NCBI RefSeq assembly: GCF_964355755.1
Contig: NC_092677.1
Location: forward strand, 7,338,101 to 7,402,100
Length of the DNA stretch: 64,000 nt
Reading direction: 5' to 3'
Source of the DNA: Antedon mediterranea
Taxonomy: Eukaryota > Animalia > Echinodermata
The notes beneath the pieces were generated by a model that worked only from the letters and a program-made list of their open reading frames with translations, was not told the DNA's origin and ran no database searches. Shown one piece after another: positions 46,384 through 60,386 of the stretch. The translations under genes were made by a program, and so were the position numbers. Each line of letters begins with the position of its first letter. Positions within the stretch are counted from its first letter, which is position 1.

Positions 46384-48105
46384 ATGAACCATTACGAATT
46401 ATTGATGACTCTTGGTATCATCGCTTTGGCATACTTAACCTATATCAACAAGAACTTAAACAACAAAATTAAGGAAAATTGCTCGTTTCGACCTTTGAGC
46501 ATCAATAACTATTCTGGCTTCATTCAAGTTGAGGCAAGCCTATTGGACAGTGGCACCTCAGCTTGGTGCCGTGGTGAGAGCAATGTAGATAAAACTTGCA
46601 AGTTTCATTATCTTTGTTATAATTCTTTGAAGGATGATTTTATTTTCTTTCATGGGACAACAAGCATGGCATCAGGACTACCACAAGATCGGTTCAGTCC
46701 AGCATTGGCTGACCTATCTTCTGTACCAAACCATAACACTCAGTATTTCAACTTTGTAGATTTACCATTAGATGCAATGGAGAGCTTTGATCAAATATTT
46801 CTTCTACGTGGAAATAGTTTTATTTTCAACCGTTTTAATCCGGCAAACTTGATGCATGTTTTTCATGATGATCTTTTGCCATTGTTCCACACTTTATCAG
46901 AAAACAATTACGGTGACATCAACTCATCTGATAGTCGTCTTCTTTTCTTTGATGGACATGCTAAACTTGATCATTTCCATCTATACAAACTCTTTTCATC
47001 GCAGATACCTTTATTGAAATCTGATCTAAACAAGTCTGGTAATTCTCTTGTTTGTTTTGAAAGGGCATATATTGGATTATCTAATACAACAACTTGGTAC
47101 CAATATGGATTCCAGGAACCACAAGGTTCTGTAAGAAATTCTGAAATCACTGCAAGAACTATTCTACTTTTCACAGACTATCTAAAAGCTAAATTGGGTA
47201 TTGAGAAGAAGGAGCAATCACAAAGTAGATTAAATGGAATATTGATTGGGCGTAGAACCAATCGGTTGATATTGAATGAAGAACACTTAGTAATGGCACT
47301 AGCTAGAGATCTTCACATTAGTGTCCAATTGTTACACCTTGAAGATACGAGTATAAAAGAGGTAATTCAGAGGATATCATCTACAGATGTACTGATTGGA
47401 GTTCATGGATCTGCCTTGATTCTGTCCATGTTTCTTAAGAAAGGAGCTCTGTTAGTAGAAATATTTCCATTTGCTGTGAATCCTAAACACTACACACCAT
47501 ACAAAACACTGGTTTCCATCCCAGGATTAAATGTCAAATATCTTGCATGGCGCAATATGGAAAGAGAAAACACAGTCTTTCATAAGAGTGCTCTAGCTGA
47601 ATTTGGAGGCATTGATCATTTATCGGCTGAAGACCAAAATAGGATATTAGAGAGTTCAGAGGTGCCTTTACACCTTTGTTGTAACGATCCAGAATGGCTG
47701 TTCAGAATCTACCAAGACACAGTTGTAGATATTCAGTCTTTCATTAGTGCAGTAAGAAAATCTATTTCTGAAGATCTTGCTGAAGAGAGGGACACACCAC
47801 AAATGTATCCTGCTAAAGTCAACAAAGTAGTTTGTAGAAAATTGATGACTGTTGACGTTGTAAAGCTGGAAGTGAATTGGCAACAACCTTGGAATGTTAA
47901 ATATTTGATGTCGGTAATAAAGGAAGATATTAAATATGAAGTCTGGATTCAACAGGCATTTGTTGACAACACAAGAGCATGGATTTTAAACACAACAGGG
48001 TACACATTTGAAGGAGAGTTTCTAGCTGATTCCACATATTTTGTGTGGGTCCGTTGTATAATAAATAACCGAATTGGTCCATTTTCTGATGTTACAATAT
48101 GTTGA
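46384..48105 (+). CDS. POMGNT2: Protein O-mannose beta-1,4-N-acetylglucosaminyltransferase 2 (GT61), 573 aa, single coding exon
   Basis: N-terminal TM anchor, CKFHYLCY, RFSPALADLSSVPNHNTQYFNFVDLP, RFNPANLMHVFHDDLLPLF, LIGVHG, YTPYKTL, HLCCNDPEWLFRIYQDTVVD and a C-terminal FN3 domain; the intronless CDS matches the vertebrate gene. Confidence 0.96.
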   Translation: MNHYELLMTLGIIALAYLTYINKNLNNKIKENCSFRPLSINNYSGFIQVEASLLDSGTSAWCRGESNVDKTCKFHYLCYNSLKDDFIFFHGTTSMASGLPQDRFSPALADLSSVPNHNTQYFNFVDLPLDAMESFDQIFLLRGNSFIFNRFNPANLMHVFHDDLLPLFHTLSENNYGDINSSDSRLLFFDGHAKLDHFHLYKLFSSQIPLLKSDLNKSGNSLVCFERAYIGLSNTTTWYQYGFQEPQGSVRNSEITARTILLFTDYLKAKLGIEKKEQSQSRLNGILIGRRTNRLILNEEHLVMALARDLHISVQLLHLEDTSIKEVIQRISSTDVLIGVHGSALILSMFLKKGALLVEIFPFAVNPKHYTPYKTLVSIPGLNVKYLAWRNMERENTVFHKSALAEFGGIDHLSAEDQNRILESSEVPLHLCCNDPEWLFRIYQDTVVDIQSFISAVRKSISEDLAEERDTPQMYPAKVNKVVCRKLMTVDVVKLEVNWQQPWNVKYLMSVIKEDIKYEVWIQQAFVDNTRAWILNTTGYTFEGEFLADSTYFVWVRCIINNRIGPFSDVTIC

Positions 48106-49964
48106 CCAGGGAAGAACAACTCTGCTTATCTTCTATGTACCAGAGACAATAGATATATCTGACTGGGAACTTCTAAACCACCTTGCAGGATTTTGAGAGG
48201 CTAGATCTGCTCAAAATATCCCCAGTCAAATATTTCTAACGTGTACACCTATGTTGATTGGCTAAATAGCTTCAAAATTATATATGTATAGACCAGTACC
48301 AGTATGTCAAATTTGCAAATAAACATTTTAGTTTTGTATGAAGTCCAGTTTCTGTTTGTTTAGTACCTGTCATACGTGCAGATTTGAAACAGAAGCAGTA
48401 ACAAAGCTTATCAAAATTGTTTTTATATTTAATTTTTTTTTTCCCAGAAATGTCCAGTATTTTTCTTAAATCTGAAGAAACTGAAAACAACCCAACATAA
48501 AGCAAAAAACAATAAAAGCACCCAAATTATAAAATGAACCAACAGGTTGAAATAAAACTGTTGGACAATAATATTAATAATACTGCTTACAATTACTGAA
48601 AACATGACATTCGATGTCATCATTATTGACCGCTTTAAGCTCACCCATAAATCATTAATTTATGACAACATAATAAAACTGTAAACAGAACCCTGGATAA
48701 AAGGTTAACATAATAATTGCCTTGCTTGCCATATAAGCATGACCCCCAACATTTGGAGTAATATGACATTCCATGTGTGCCAAAATGTGTTTCTTTTTAA
48801 GAAACAAATAGCTGTTTAAAACCTTTACAGAAACTAGAATAGGATTAAGGCCAAACAAGCAGAAAACCGTGTGCTTGTCCCACATATAATCTGTCTATTC
48901 TGATCGAGTTTCTTCTACACTTTCTCATACGCATTTTGTGTAAATGATCATAAGATGCTACATTTTGTTTTCCACGTAACATTTACCGTTACCACTAGTC
49001 TGTAAATTGGCATACTGTACACGCTTATTGTACTGCAATAAAAATATTTGCTATCTGATGGTAAAATCCACACTTTCTTATGACAGTATAATGTACTACA
49101 ACATAAACCAGTACAATTATTTCTTTATAATGTACAAACAGTACAAACCAAAATAGTCCAGTAATATTATTTCAAAATGTTTTCATGATTAATTTTATAC
49201 AAAATTCATTTCCCAGAAAAAAATGTTAAAATGTGTTATTAAAATTATTGGAATTTAATTAACATTTTTATTTTATCAATGTTTTCAATTAGTTATTACT
49301 GTACAGTATTGCTGTACAGTATTGCTGTACATTTTTGGCAATATCTTCAAATTATACTAATTTTTAATTACATACATTATTTGTTTGTAGCTAACAAAAT
49401 TCATGCAGTGCAATGTTTTATTTCATTAATTATTATGCAATAGAAAAATTACATGATTCATAATTCACTTCAGCAAAATAAAATGTCTTTTGCTAAAAAA
49501 AGGTTTTGATAAAAAAATGTTTACAACTGGACATGATTTAAAATTTATATCAATTGCTAGGTTAGTACTATACATTTACTATAAAATTTATACTTTACAA
49601 ATTTAATTCATTTATGAATAGGCTTAGCTAGATTTTCTAAGTGTATGAGACAGGGACTGGGAGCACATCTTTGCCATTTAAACCCTCTCCCCATGTTACC
49701 CTCTCCCATTCTATATTCACCAACCTACAACTCTTCCCAACCCATCACTACTCTACAGGGAGAACACTGGCCGTTCATCAATCTCAACAACTGCCTTATA
49801 TAGACCAAATATACGAATCGACACGCTTGCAACAAATTAATTTCAGTACCGATCTGTATTATGTAGACTTTTGGAGTCTTTCCTATTTGCATAATACACA
49901 ACCTCAGTCACCTGTATGCATATATATCATACTGAACATTAATTGTACCACATATGCTATGCTG

Positions 49965-52900
49965 TTACTTGTCTCCATTATTTCGGTCATTGTTCAGTTT
50001 GTGAAGCTTCCGAAGAAAATTTCCATTCTGATTTTCGAGGCAAACACGTTTCTGGGGACTTTCCTCGCCAAAGTCCATTGCTCGTTTTGTCTTCCTCTCC
50101 ATTTTTATCATCGAGTTAATCTCCTTTAAATCCTGGTAAAAAGATAAATTGCAAATTAGTTAAATGTCACTTTTTGAATCTTTTAATAATTCATTTCTAT
50201 AAATTCAAGTCTCACAAATATAAATTGCCATATTGCTTAAACCTTTTTTACACCAATTGTATCATCATTCAGACGGAAAACCATCGGTTCGGTGTACATA
50301 CATTACACAAATACGGTACATAAATTAAATAATTCTAATTCCTCTAAAAGCAGGACAGAATACCTTTCAGGAGAACAACAATGATTGATTATGGTAATAA
50401 TTTGGAAAGAAAAAAAATATAGGCAAAAGTATATTATTGTTATATCACATCATACCTTGGATGGACTTTTGTTGATGTGAAACACCATACTATTCCCAGG
50501 ACTCCTCGGAATACAATTCTTGCGTGGTGATATGTATAACTGGTGCCTATTGGACACTTTCCTTGGCGAAACTTGGTGGGTGCGCACAATAGGTAGAGGT
50601 GAAAGGGTAGGGTGTGCGGCAAGACCATTCTCGTCGCTACTGTCAGCCGGGGAGAACCGGAGCGCAAACGGCTGAACTCGTGTTACAAATATCTGCAAAA
50701 TGGAATATGGCATTTTAAAAATTAGAAATCAGAAAGAAAGTAACAATGTTGATTATTATTTAATCGTCATCAGAAATGAAACTTACTGAATTATAGTACT
50801 TAATAAGATCTCCTCTCTCCTCGTCTTCAAATGATGATGCAGTGCCTGCCATTCTGGTAGGCGTGGGTGGGGCACTATTTGTGGGCATTGTACTAGATGA
50901 CCTTGCAAGCATTTGACCAAATGGACCTTTAAGAAAAACAATAAATGTAATGAAGTACACTCTATTATATTTGTCAATGTTAGGAGGTCTGAATTTGATG
51001 GTAAACAATAATAATATATGTTTTAAATAAAGTAAACAATTTGGGGAAATTCTCTCGGATCACCTGTGTCCAATAATTTCTTGACCCTCACAAAGGAAAT
51101 ATACTATACCAAATCAATGATGTTGAGTATCTGGTCTGCTTTATTAAAGTAAAATGTCATACATGTTAGCAAAAAAAAAATAGTTCATGATCTGAGCCAA
51201 ATGCTTCATGCATGCAATGTTTATTTCTAGAAGTAATGTCGCATTATATGTCAACGAAACGTCACTAAGGTATTTATACTCATTGTGTTTGCATTTTTGG
51301 TTTTTTTTTAGATGACGGGTGATCCATCCAGCAATCATCAGCTGATCATTAGGGACCCTCAGAGGTTCACAAGACAAACATATACACAAGATGCTCTACA
51401 TAAACAAAGTCTTATTACAAGCCTTTGGGAGGGGAGTTGTAATTTTGTCCTTAGAAAAAATCCTGACATGTGACGGGACTTGAACCCAGGACCCTTGGAG
51501 TGGTAGCCAAGCATCCTAACCACCAAGCCACAACTCAACACCAAAACAAGTAAATTTGTCGAAACCAAATGAATTTATTCAATACCTCCTTTGTGTTTAT
51601 GATCACTCTCTGGGGAGCTACTACTGCTGCTACCATTTTGCGAGGTAGCGCTAGCCCTACTTGAGCACCGCCCATTGAGTAGTACGCTCCTGTAGACATG
51701 GCTCTGAGCTTGTGGTTGCATCCTGTAACAACGCATTATCTCCTGAAATTGTTGATCATGTCTGGTCACCTAAAAACAGATTTAGGAATACAGTTACTGT
51801 AATTAAGTTGTTATTGTTATCTTGTATTATTTAACATTTTTATTATTTGCACATTATTAATTTGACAAGATAAAGAAAAAACCATAGTTGAATAATTTTT
51901 GTAAAATACTTAGCAAAAACAATACTTGACGATAAAAACCATACATTTGAAAATAAATGACATTATAATTTATAAAACACATAATATTTAAGGATTCCAC
52001 ACTCACTTTGCATATAACATAGATAGAGCACATTAGCAGCTGATCTAAATGCCTATCTTTCATTAAGTCACTGTGATGGACGATGGCGTGCACGAAACAC
52101 GTCCATATCTTGCGACGAAGGTCATCTTCAATTTGCAGTCTTGAGCACAAGTCAAGTAATCTGACATTTGCAAGGTGGTAAAGCTATAAAAGGCAAGAGA
52201 AAAAAGTGCAAGTTGTGATACATGGGGACCTCTGAGGATGTAAACCCCTTCAGGTTGTGAAAGGGATCTTTTAAAGATGGATCTTTTAGGATGTAAAGGG
52301 GTTCTTCACAAGGTAAAGGGCACTCTTCATCAGGATATAAATCTCCTTTAGATATACAGGGGATCCCTTCAGATGTGAAGAAGCTCCTTCAAGAAGGGAA
52401 TCCCTCAGGATTCAAACAGGATCTCTCAAAATGATGCAGAAGGGATCTCTTAGGATGTAAAGACGATCCTTTAGGATGTAAAGGGGATCCCTCAGGATGT
52501 AAAGGGGATCCCTCAGGATGTAAAGGGGATCTCTCAAAATGATGCAGGAGAGATCTCTTAGGATGTAAAGACGATCCTTTAGGATGTAAAGGGGCTCCTC
52601 ACAAGGTAAAGGGCACTCTTCAGCAGGATATAAATCTCCTTAAGATATAAAGGGGATCCCTTCAGACGTAAAGAAGATCCTTCAAGAAGGGGATCTCTTA
52701 GGATATAAAGAGGACCTCTCAGAATATAAGAGGTACTTTTCAGGATATAAGTCTTGTCACAATAATTAGAATCTACAAACTAATAATAGTAGAAAGAAAT
52801 ATTTACCTTTCTGAAGAAGAGTCCAACTGAACCTGTCCTCTTTGGTTTCTTAGCTACAGGTTCGGTTGCTGGTTGCACTGCAGCTGGTTTCTCTATCGTG

Positions 52901-55900
52901 TTACTTGCCACTTGTGATGCTGTTGTAAGTGTAAATATATTTTTGTAGTTAGCCGACGACTCACCCATCTTAATTGGACTTGCTATTAGGTGGATTGTTC
53001 CGTCTTTATTATTTACAGCTGTCAATAATAAGTAGGAATGTAATAAGTAGAACTAAATGTACTAATTAACAATATGTTAATTAAATAGGAGTTTTCACTA
53101 AATAGGGATTGACCGTAATGTAAAAACATATGGGCAAATGTCCTCTTAAAAGGGTTTCCTAAAGAAGAGGTTTGACTGTAGTCTTTTCTACCAACTACTT
53201 ACTTTGCACTTCAACGGTGACAATTTTCTCATTTGGCTTTGTGACTATTTGTGCAGTCTGCACTGCAGGAGTGGACGAGTTGGTTGATGTGGTAGATTCA
53301 GAGGGAAAGAGACGCCGTTTAGCTGACCCTGGTGATGGTGAACTGAAACGATCATGGGCAGACACAGGTGAACCAGTAACTGGATCTATTGAACAAAGAA
53401 TAAGAACATATGATGATGTAGCTAAGTAAGTCAGATTGTTTGTATTACTCTGACGTTTTATAGAAAAAAATTGTTTTAAATAGTGCTACTGAAGAAAAAA
53501 AATGTCCATATAAAAGGCACATCACATTTTGTTACATAAAGTTTGATAGTGTAAGAGATATTTTATTTAATTTGTACCATATTCCATCAGACTTTTAAGA
53601 GATATAAATTTGTGATTTTTTATCTGTATACTATTATGTTTTTTATTTTTTAGAGTAAAGTGTTTTACATATACTGTAGTGTTCTTAAATGTTTTAATAC
53701 TTCTTAACCAAATGTTTTAAATATTTTTATTTTCTACTATGAAGTACACTCAAAATATTTTCCTATTTGAGGATGAAATAAAGTGATTTAATGAATTGAA
53801 ATCTGTACCTCTCTTAGGTGGTTCCACTCCTGTAAGAGCTCTGACACGAGGATGTTGCATAATTGGTGAACCGATCTGTGGTGGAGGTGGATGACTGTTA
53901 ACCGAATTCTGTCCGTTATCAATCTGACTTGGCAATGTAACATCCTCACATGTAGGTACACTGTTGCTGTTGTTAGGTACGCTGCTACTGCTGCTGTTAG
54001 AATCGCCTATGACATCCCAGAGTGGTGAGTTCGATTTCCAGGCACACTCCTGTAATACTGCTTCCTCAACCTGTAATGATATATTTATTTGTTTTACTCA
54101 AGTTGACTCGTAGATATAATACATCTTTGTGTCATGTATATGGCCTTGTTAATACTGTAGTGGGAGAGAATTCAGAATATTCTGGTTACGGGAGAGCTCG
54201 CTGTATTATTTTATAAAATACAAACTGCTGATTCATACCGTATTTAGATGCTTCACCACATCACGTGACAAGCCATCTTCTGCCCTCAGGATCAGCTCGA
54301 TAACTTTGTAAAAGTGAAATGCGGGGATATCAAAAATATCTATTATCCAAGGAAATGTTCTGTGAAATAAAAACAAATTTTGAATAAGAAAATGTAATCA
54401 TAAACTATGTCACTGTATGATGAAATTTGTCATCATTATACATTAGGACTCCTTCTTTGGTGCACCACTATTGAAAGCGTACTTACAGACAAGGGGAAAT
54501 ATACGTTTAAACATTATATAAAAGACTCGCTAGAGGCTAATAGCTAATTAAGAACAGTGACATCTTTTTGGGTAACAAACATGAGGGCTCTTTTGTATTT
54601 GAAATAATTTAACAATTTGTTTTAGAAATATCAGATTTCAGAACAGATTATTCCATTTTCTATTTTACATGATTTTTCATATTTTACTTTTGCTATGTAT
54701 TAAAGACCCATTCCCTACATTTTTTAGGTCTAATTTAAGACAAACTACATTAATGTAAAAATAAATACTATATGGTCCTATTGAGATAACTTTTTTGTCT
54801 TTAAATGGTTAAAAATGTGAAAATTAAGGCGATTCTAATAATTTTAGCAGCCCGCTATAAATCCCAACATGCATTGCACGCGGATTTATAGAAGACTCTT
54901 AACATTTCAACGAAAATACTGGGTTTCCCCAAATTTGTATCAACGGAGTCTGCCAAAAACAGAAAGATAGTTAATACAGCAACTATAAAACGTCAGACTA
55001 GGCTTTAACTAACGTACGATGTTTGTACGTTACCGATGTTCGTATGTTACCGATGTTTACCAGCTAGGCTTAAAGACGGCCAACGAGAGTACATTCACCG
55101 CGAGCTACTAGTGTATTGTTTTTACAATACGTCACAAATTGTAGGGAATGGGTCTTTAAACAAGTCTATGTTTTGTGCACAATGGGCTGATTTAAGTTTT
55201 GGTACATACCTTTGAGAGTTATAGGAAAAAATGACAATTTCCAAACAACAGGCAAATAATGACGTATGAAAGATATCATGTTCCAGTAAACTCTAAAGGA
55301 AATCAAAACAAACAATAAAGATCTGTTAATACTTAATATATACTAAAAAAAATCAGACACAATCACAGAAATTCAACCACCTAAATCTCTTTTAAATTCA
55401 GTGACTCAGATCATTCGACACATAAACAGTGTAAACACCTATTCATTTTCTTTTTTATTACTTTCATTCATTATATTCATGCACGCACACTACCTTTCAT
55501 CAAATGAAAGTTACATTGTTATTATTCAATTTGGGAATTTCCAATTGAGTATAGTTTTTGTTTCCATCGAGTATTTAGGTAACAGCTCAAACTCTCAACT
55601 ACAAGCTTGTGTTAAAATAATGTTTACCATTTCAAAGAACATTGGTGCTTCTTCTTTTTTTATTATAATTAAAACATTGTTCTTGAGAATTGTGTAAATA
55701 ATGTAAACAGTTATAACCAAGCAATAAAATTATTCTTACCCCTAAATTTTTCTTTCCTTGTAAACGTTTTTTCTCTTCTGTCATAATTGATTCCATAACC
55801 TTGTAGTAGAGAGTCTCCGCCAATTTAAGTCGCATTTTGGCAAAGTCCACATGGGAGCCTGCATGTACCTCAGATGACTGGAAAAATAATTAAGTTTTGT

Positions 55901-58900
55901 TTTATTTAGAGGTCTTGAGTGGGCTAAATTAATAAATTGCAATCGAATAAGTACAACTATAGCACCTAACAATAATTCTGAAATGAATATATGAATCTGG
56001 TTTATTTGTTTTACACTGTATATTTTTTTAAAGCAAAATATTATGTTTCTGTTTCTGGGGAGTAAATATTTTTCTGGGATTTTGTCCTTCTTAATTTTAT
56101 CACATTAGTTAAAGATGAGAATAATTTTGAAAGTGAAAAATATTGGTCGTCCAAATGAGAATATGATAAATTAATTTTGCTTGACAAGAATTGACAAATG
56201 AGAAATTGTGGAAATAATAGTTACGTTTAATGCAAAGAAAGTCAATACAATATCTAATATTGAACTTTGGAGCAATTAATCATTATTACTAGTAATAATT
56301 TATACAGATTTAAATTATAACAATAGCGCTAAATTGTCAAGAGACATCAACCTAATTGTAACTGTTGATGTGTTAAATGACATAGGCTCCAAGCTAACTA
56401 GTCTAGACAAAATCAACACGCCCACTTTACCTGTCCGCTGCTTTGATGTATGTCAAAGGTCAAAACACTTAGCATACAATACAAGGTAGGTGATTAAGAC
56501 AAGATAGGCAATGACTAACATGTTGATAAATTTATCATAAATATATTTAAATAGATATTTAAGTAGTATGTAAGTGGGTAACTTCTATTCTACTGTATTT
56601 CAAGCTTAAAATGCAAAATCTCAAACTTTTCATTATACTGTATATATCAACTTTCATGGTTTGTTATTGTTTATATTGATATTCACAAATCATTATTCAT
56701 ATTATAATTATTACATGAACATCATAAATTAAAAGAGGTAAATTTGTTATGTTAAAAGTAACCTATGTTTCTGCAGAAAGGAGAATGATAATGGTGTTAA
56801 AATAATTTGGGGGGTTTTGTATCTTTAAATTTAATTATAAATGAAAAAAGTATAAATGAATTATTATCTTAAAAACTTCTATTCTTTAAAATTATAATAA
56901 TACAAAATACTAGAGAGCTTTCGTGACAACTTAGGACCTATGTATATTGTGTTATTAGCCATCACCTGGGCCTAGAATTGCGCAAGAAAGCATCTTTCAA
57001 TACTGTATCTCCACATGTACACAATAAACTAACATGACGCAACTAGGTCATAGAAACTCAAAAGCTCCCAAATGTTGTACTTTAGAAAGACATTTCTCAC
57101 CTCAACAAACTTCGTACAAAATAATTCCCCCATCTGTTTAATTCTTTCCGTAATCGACTGTGTAGGGTTAGTGGTGCACTCGGCAAATATCGCTTTCAAT
57201 GTGTCTGTTGGACACTTCCCCAACCCCGTCAGTAAAGCCTGCAGCCTGCTAACACTTTGCGTCGCTGTTGATACAGGTGTAGATGTTGCATGCTCTTTCT
57301 CTTTTAAATATCCTCGGTTTGTGAGAGGCGTTTGAGGTGCCAGACTTTTTGTCTAATATTGGAAAAAAAATGTATTATTTATCTCTTTTATCAGGCTCAA
57401 GCCGTTGTATAATAATGGTGTAGTACTGTACCATAAAAATGCCAGCATTTCAAATGTAACCATTTGATTGGTAACCGTGTTAACCACCAAGCTACAATGT
57501 AAAAACTGTCCGAGAACATGCCACTGTTGTAATTTCAAATACAAAGAAAATTAACCTATCCAAAAAAAAAAGTACCTGTACTATCACAGTTACAGATTTG
57601 GGAAGTTGCTATATCATAATTTTGTTGAATTATTATATTACCAAAAAACAAAAAAACTTACATTCTTTTTAAGAACATACTTTAGAAGTGACATGATAAA
57701 ACATTGGAGAATTTAATTCCATAGAAAACACTCTTGACGACAAACATCCTTTCCCCCGAACAAAATGCCATTATGACTATTTAACCCACACATGTCGAAT
57801 GACCACTTTACTAGAAAGTGCATTCAAATAAACCATGCTACTATGACGCTCAGTCAAGCAGAACTTAACATCTGGGGATTCCCCTTCTAACACCTCTCAT
57901 CATGCTTGAACGCACATGGATAGTAATGTGGCGTTCTGCGCGGTTAGACATAAGCGCACTGGCGCCACGATGTCTGTATTTATTCGCATGGTCAATAAGG
58001 TAATCAAACCAACGTTAACCGAAGACAAAAGATAGTGATAAATAAAATAGATATTTTATGCTTGTCAATTTACAAATACAAACATGGCGACATTTCTATA
58101 ATGTAAATTATGAATACATAAATGAAGAAAGAGAAGCATGACGGGCACTGGGTAACCTCATGTTTTGCGGCATCAGCTTAAATAAGAGAAGCGTTCAATA
58201 GGATTAAAACCTAAAGGCATCGAAGGTGAAGAATTTTATCGAAACACCGACACAGCTCATTACTCTTAATCGACTAAATGGAAAACAGCAAATAAGATAC
58301 TGTTAAAATATTGATTTTAATTTATAAAAATATACTTTTGGTTTTTCCCAACAAGTTGACTGGAAAATTCCATCATCCTCGAATGCATTGCAAGGGAAGT
58401 TTATTAAATGTGCAAAGGTAGGGCAGCCATCTGAAAGCAGTATGATACAAGAATATCTTGGAATTTACTCTATTTAAACTTTTCCAGTACTACAAGTTGA
58501 TTAGTTTTTCAGTTAAACTTTGGTTTGGTTTTAAAGCATTTGGTGAATGTAACTACCTGTAAGTTTGATGCAATGTTGAAGTCTTTCATTAGTTGTTTAT
58601 AGAAAAAAGAATACTAATCTATTGCATACAGTACCTGATAAAGTTTCTGGTTGCGCTTGTTCTTCATCTTCTCTTCAATGGTTTGTGGCGCTGCTGTCGA
58701 TTTGGATGGTGTGCCAATCTCTTTGTTAGCATCAGTTGCCAGAAAAATGGTTTCATCAAAGTCTCCAACAGTCAGTACATACTCTTCGTATACTTTGTTT
58801 ATGCTTTTACTAAAGATGAAATATAAATCAATAACAAGTTATAGAATGTTGCTTTAAAATGTTATTATTATTATTTAATTCAATATACAGTATGCACTAT

Positions 58901-60386
58901 TTTGTTAGGGATCAAGATAAAGAAGACCCCAAATAAAGAAATCCTTTAGCCTCGGACTTGAAAGACATTGACAAATCTAGGTCAGGGTCTGTGATCTAAC
59001 AAAAATACTGTTCAAGCAAGGCAATCTAAGAACAGGATGCTGAGCTCCAGTGATCAAAGGGTTTACTTGTGGCTGCAACACGATCAGTTCCACATCCCTT
59101 AAAAGAAATCACACGCCAGAGAATGTGTAAATAGTACAGTACTGTTGGTATTTGTCGCAGGCATAAGATAAAGGACTGTTACCCGTTCCTATCTTGGCAA
59201 GGCGAGCTCAGTTTTCTGTTGTTAGATTGCCTTAGTTCAAGTTTGATCATGTATTTACCTATTTGTTTCAAAGTTATTGCTATCAATAAGTCCACTTAAC
59301 TTCTCTGGAGTCCCCTTTAAGGTCTGAAATAAATTGAATTGAATGTAATATTAACAAATGATGAAACTAATCAAAGGAGGAGTATGAAAGATATAGGAAT
59401 GTAGCTACAGTAGTACAGACGACGGTATAACAAAAGCCTCAAAACATTCTAAAATTATAAATAAACGGACACAGCACACATATGAAAACTCAACATCTCC
59501 ATAAATGTTTTCAAGAATCTCATGTCTCATTCTTTTTTCCATATAGCAAATGTCACTACCACCTATTGGTGAATTTAAATGCTTTGAGTGACACTTGTAT
59601 GTAAATAATGCCCTGTCTCTTTGATATATTTTATCTAAAATTATTGTGTGGATCTTGTGGTAGAATAAAATATTATGTGATTGTAAATACTTAGAGATTT
59701 AGTATATTTTTTTTAATGCAGTTTAATACACTTATTTATATGAACTATGTAAAATTAAATACCCTTTTATCAAACAGTTTTTTGATGTATGGTTTCCACC
59801 AATGCTCTTTGATGCCTTTGGCTTCAATCACAAGCCCATCATGTAAGCTACAGAGCATTTCAATGATGCATGGCGACTGGGCAGGTACGTGGTAATCACA
59901 ATTATTGTATGTTTCCGGTAGGCCTAAAAATAGCAAACAAAATAATAAACAAAGTGATTAAACTAGACCTTATGATATTCTGGATTCACATGGAAGCATG
60001 TCTATAAAAAACATTTATACAGTCAACTCTCACAATACCGGACATGTCTGATTTCCGGAAAGTCTGGTATTTGCATGTGTTTTAATGGTAAAAAATGAAT
60101 TTGGGACCTTTTGAAAAAAATGAATTTGGGACCTTTTGTACCTCAAGAAAAGTCTGGTACAGTATTGGTTTCCAGAGAGTTTGATATAGGGAGAGTTGAC
60201 TGTATTACTTTACATACAAAAATTAACATGGTAACAAAATGTAAATTGTTCAAAATTTACCTTTAAATGTTGGATTTAAAAGGTCTCTTCGATTCGCAAG
60301 TAAGGCATTTGCAAAAATGAGATCAACGCAGCAGAGGAGGAGATGATAGGAGTTCACAAGGTCGTCACTAATCGCAGGAAAGTTAC
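49965..60386 (-). CDS. RBL1: Retinoblastoma-like pocket protein (p107/p130; RBL1/RBL2 co-ortholog), 5'-partial, 16 exons: 60386-60261, 59923-59763, 59323-59259, 58809-58635, 57352-57101, 55877-55740, 55292-55210, 54359-54239, 54070-53809, 53385-53203, 53018-52807, 52183-52007, 51769-51586, 50926-50787, 50692-50456, 50132-49965
   Basis: ISDDLVNSYHLLLCC, YEEYVLTVGDFDE, TPVSTATQSVSRLQ (pocket A), spacer cyclin-binding SAKRRLF, KRTGSVGLFFRKLYHLA, DRHLDQLLMCSIYVICK, YRMQPQAQSHVYRSVL (pocket B), SPSKDLKEINSMI; phases consistent. The upstream exons were not recognised in 60387-64000. Confidence 0.95.
51312..51540 (-). mobile_element. tRNA-derived SINE with LINE-type 3' tail
   Basis: Head TGTGGCTTGGTGGTTAGGATGCTTGGC...GGGTTCAAGTCCC (A/B boxes); tail GAGGGTCCCTAATGATCAGC...GCTGGATGGATCACCCGTCAT + A-run. 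Confidence 0.7.
52224..52750. repeat. Degenerate ~21-bp minisatellite with higher-order duplication, in an RBL intron
   Basis: Unit GGGGATCCCTCAGGATGTAAA; blocks such as CACAAGGTAAAGGGCACTCTTCA..AGGATATAAATCTCCT recur at ~52307 and ~52600. Confidence 0.85.
54704..55155. mobile_element. Kolobok-like element, internally deleted inverted copy of 1058-1683
   Basis: TTAA TSD at 54700-54703 and 55156-55159; perfect TIR AGACCCATTCCCTACA / TGTAGGGAATGGGTCT. Confidence 0.85.
59017..59234. mobile_element. MITE of the CAAGGCAATCTAA family with perfect 7-bp TSD
   Basis: GTTCAAG at 59010-59016 and 59235-59241; TIR CAAGGCAATCTAAGAACAG / CTGTTGTTAGATTGCCTTA. Confidence 0.8.
60020..60202. mobile_element. 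Tc1/mariner-pogo-like MITE
   Basis: TA|CAGTCAACTCTC ... GAGAGTTGACTG|TA: 12-bp TIR with TA TSD. Confidence 0.75.

Noticed and set aside
46971-47952. Antisense ORFs within POMGNT2
   Set aside because: Short shadow ORFs of the real coding strand.
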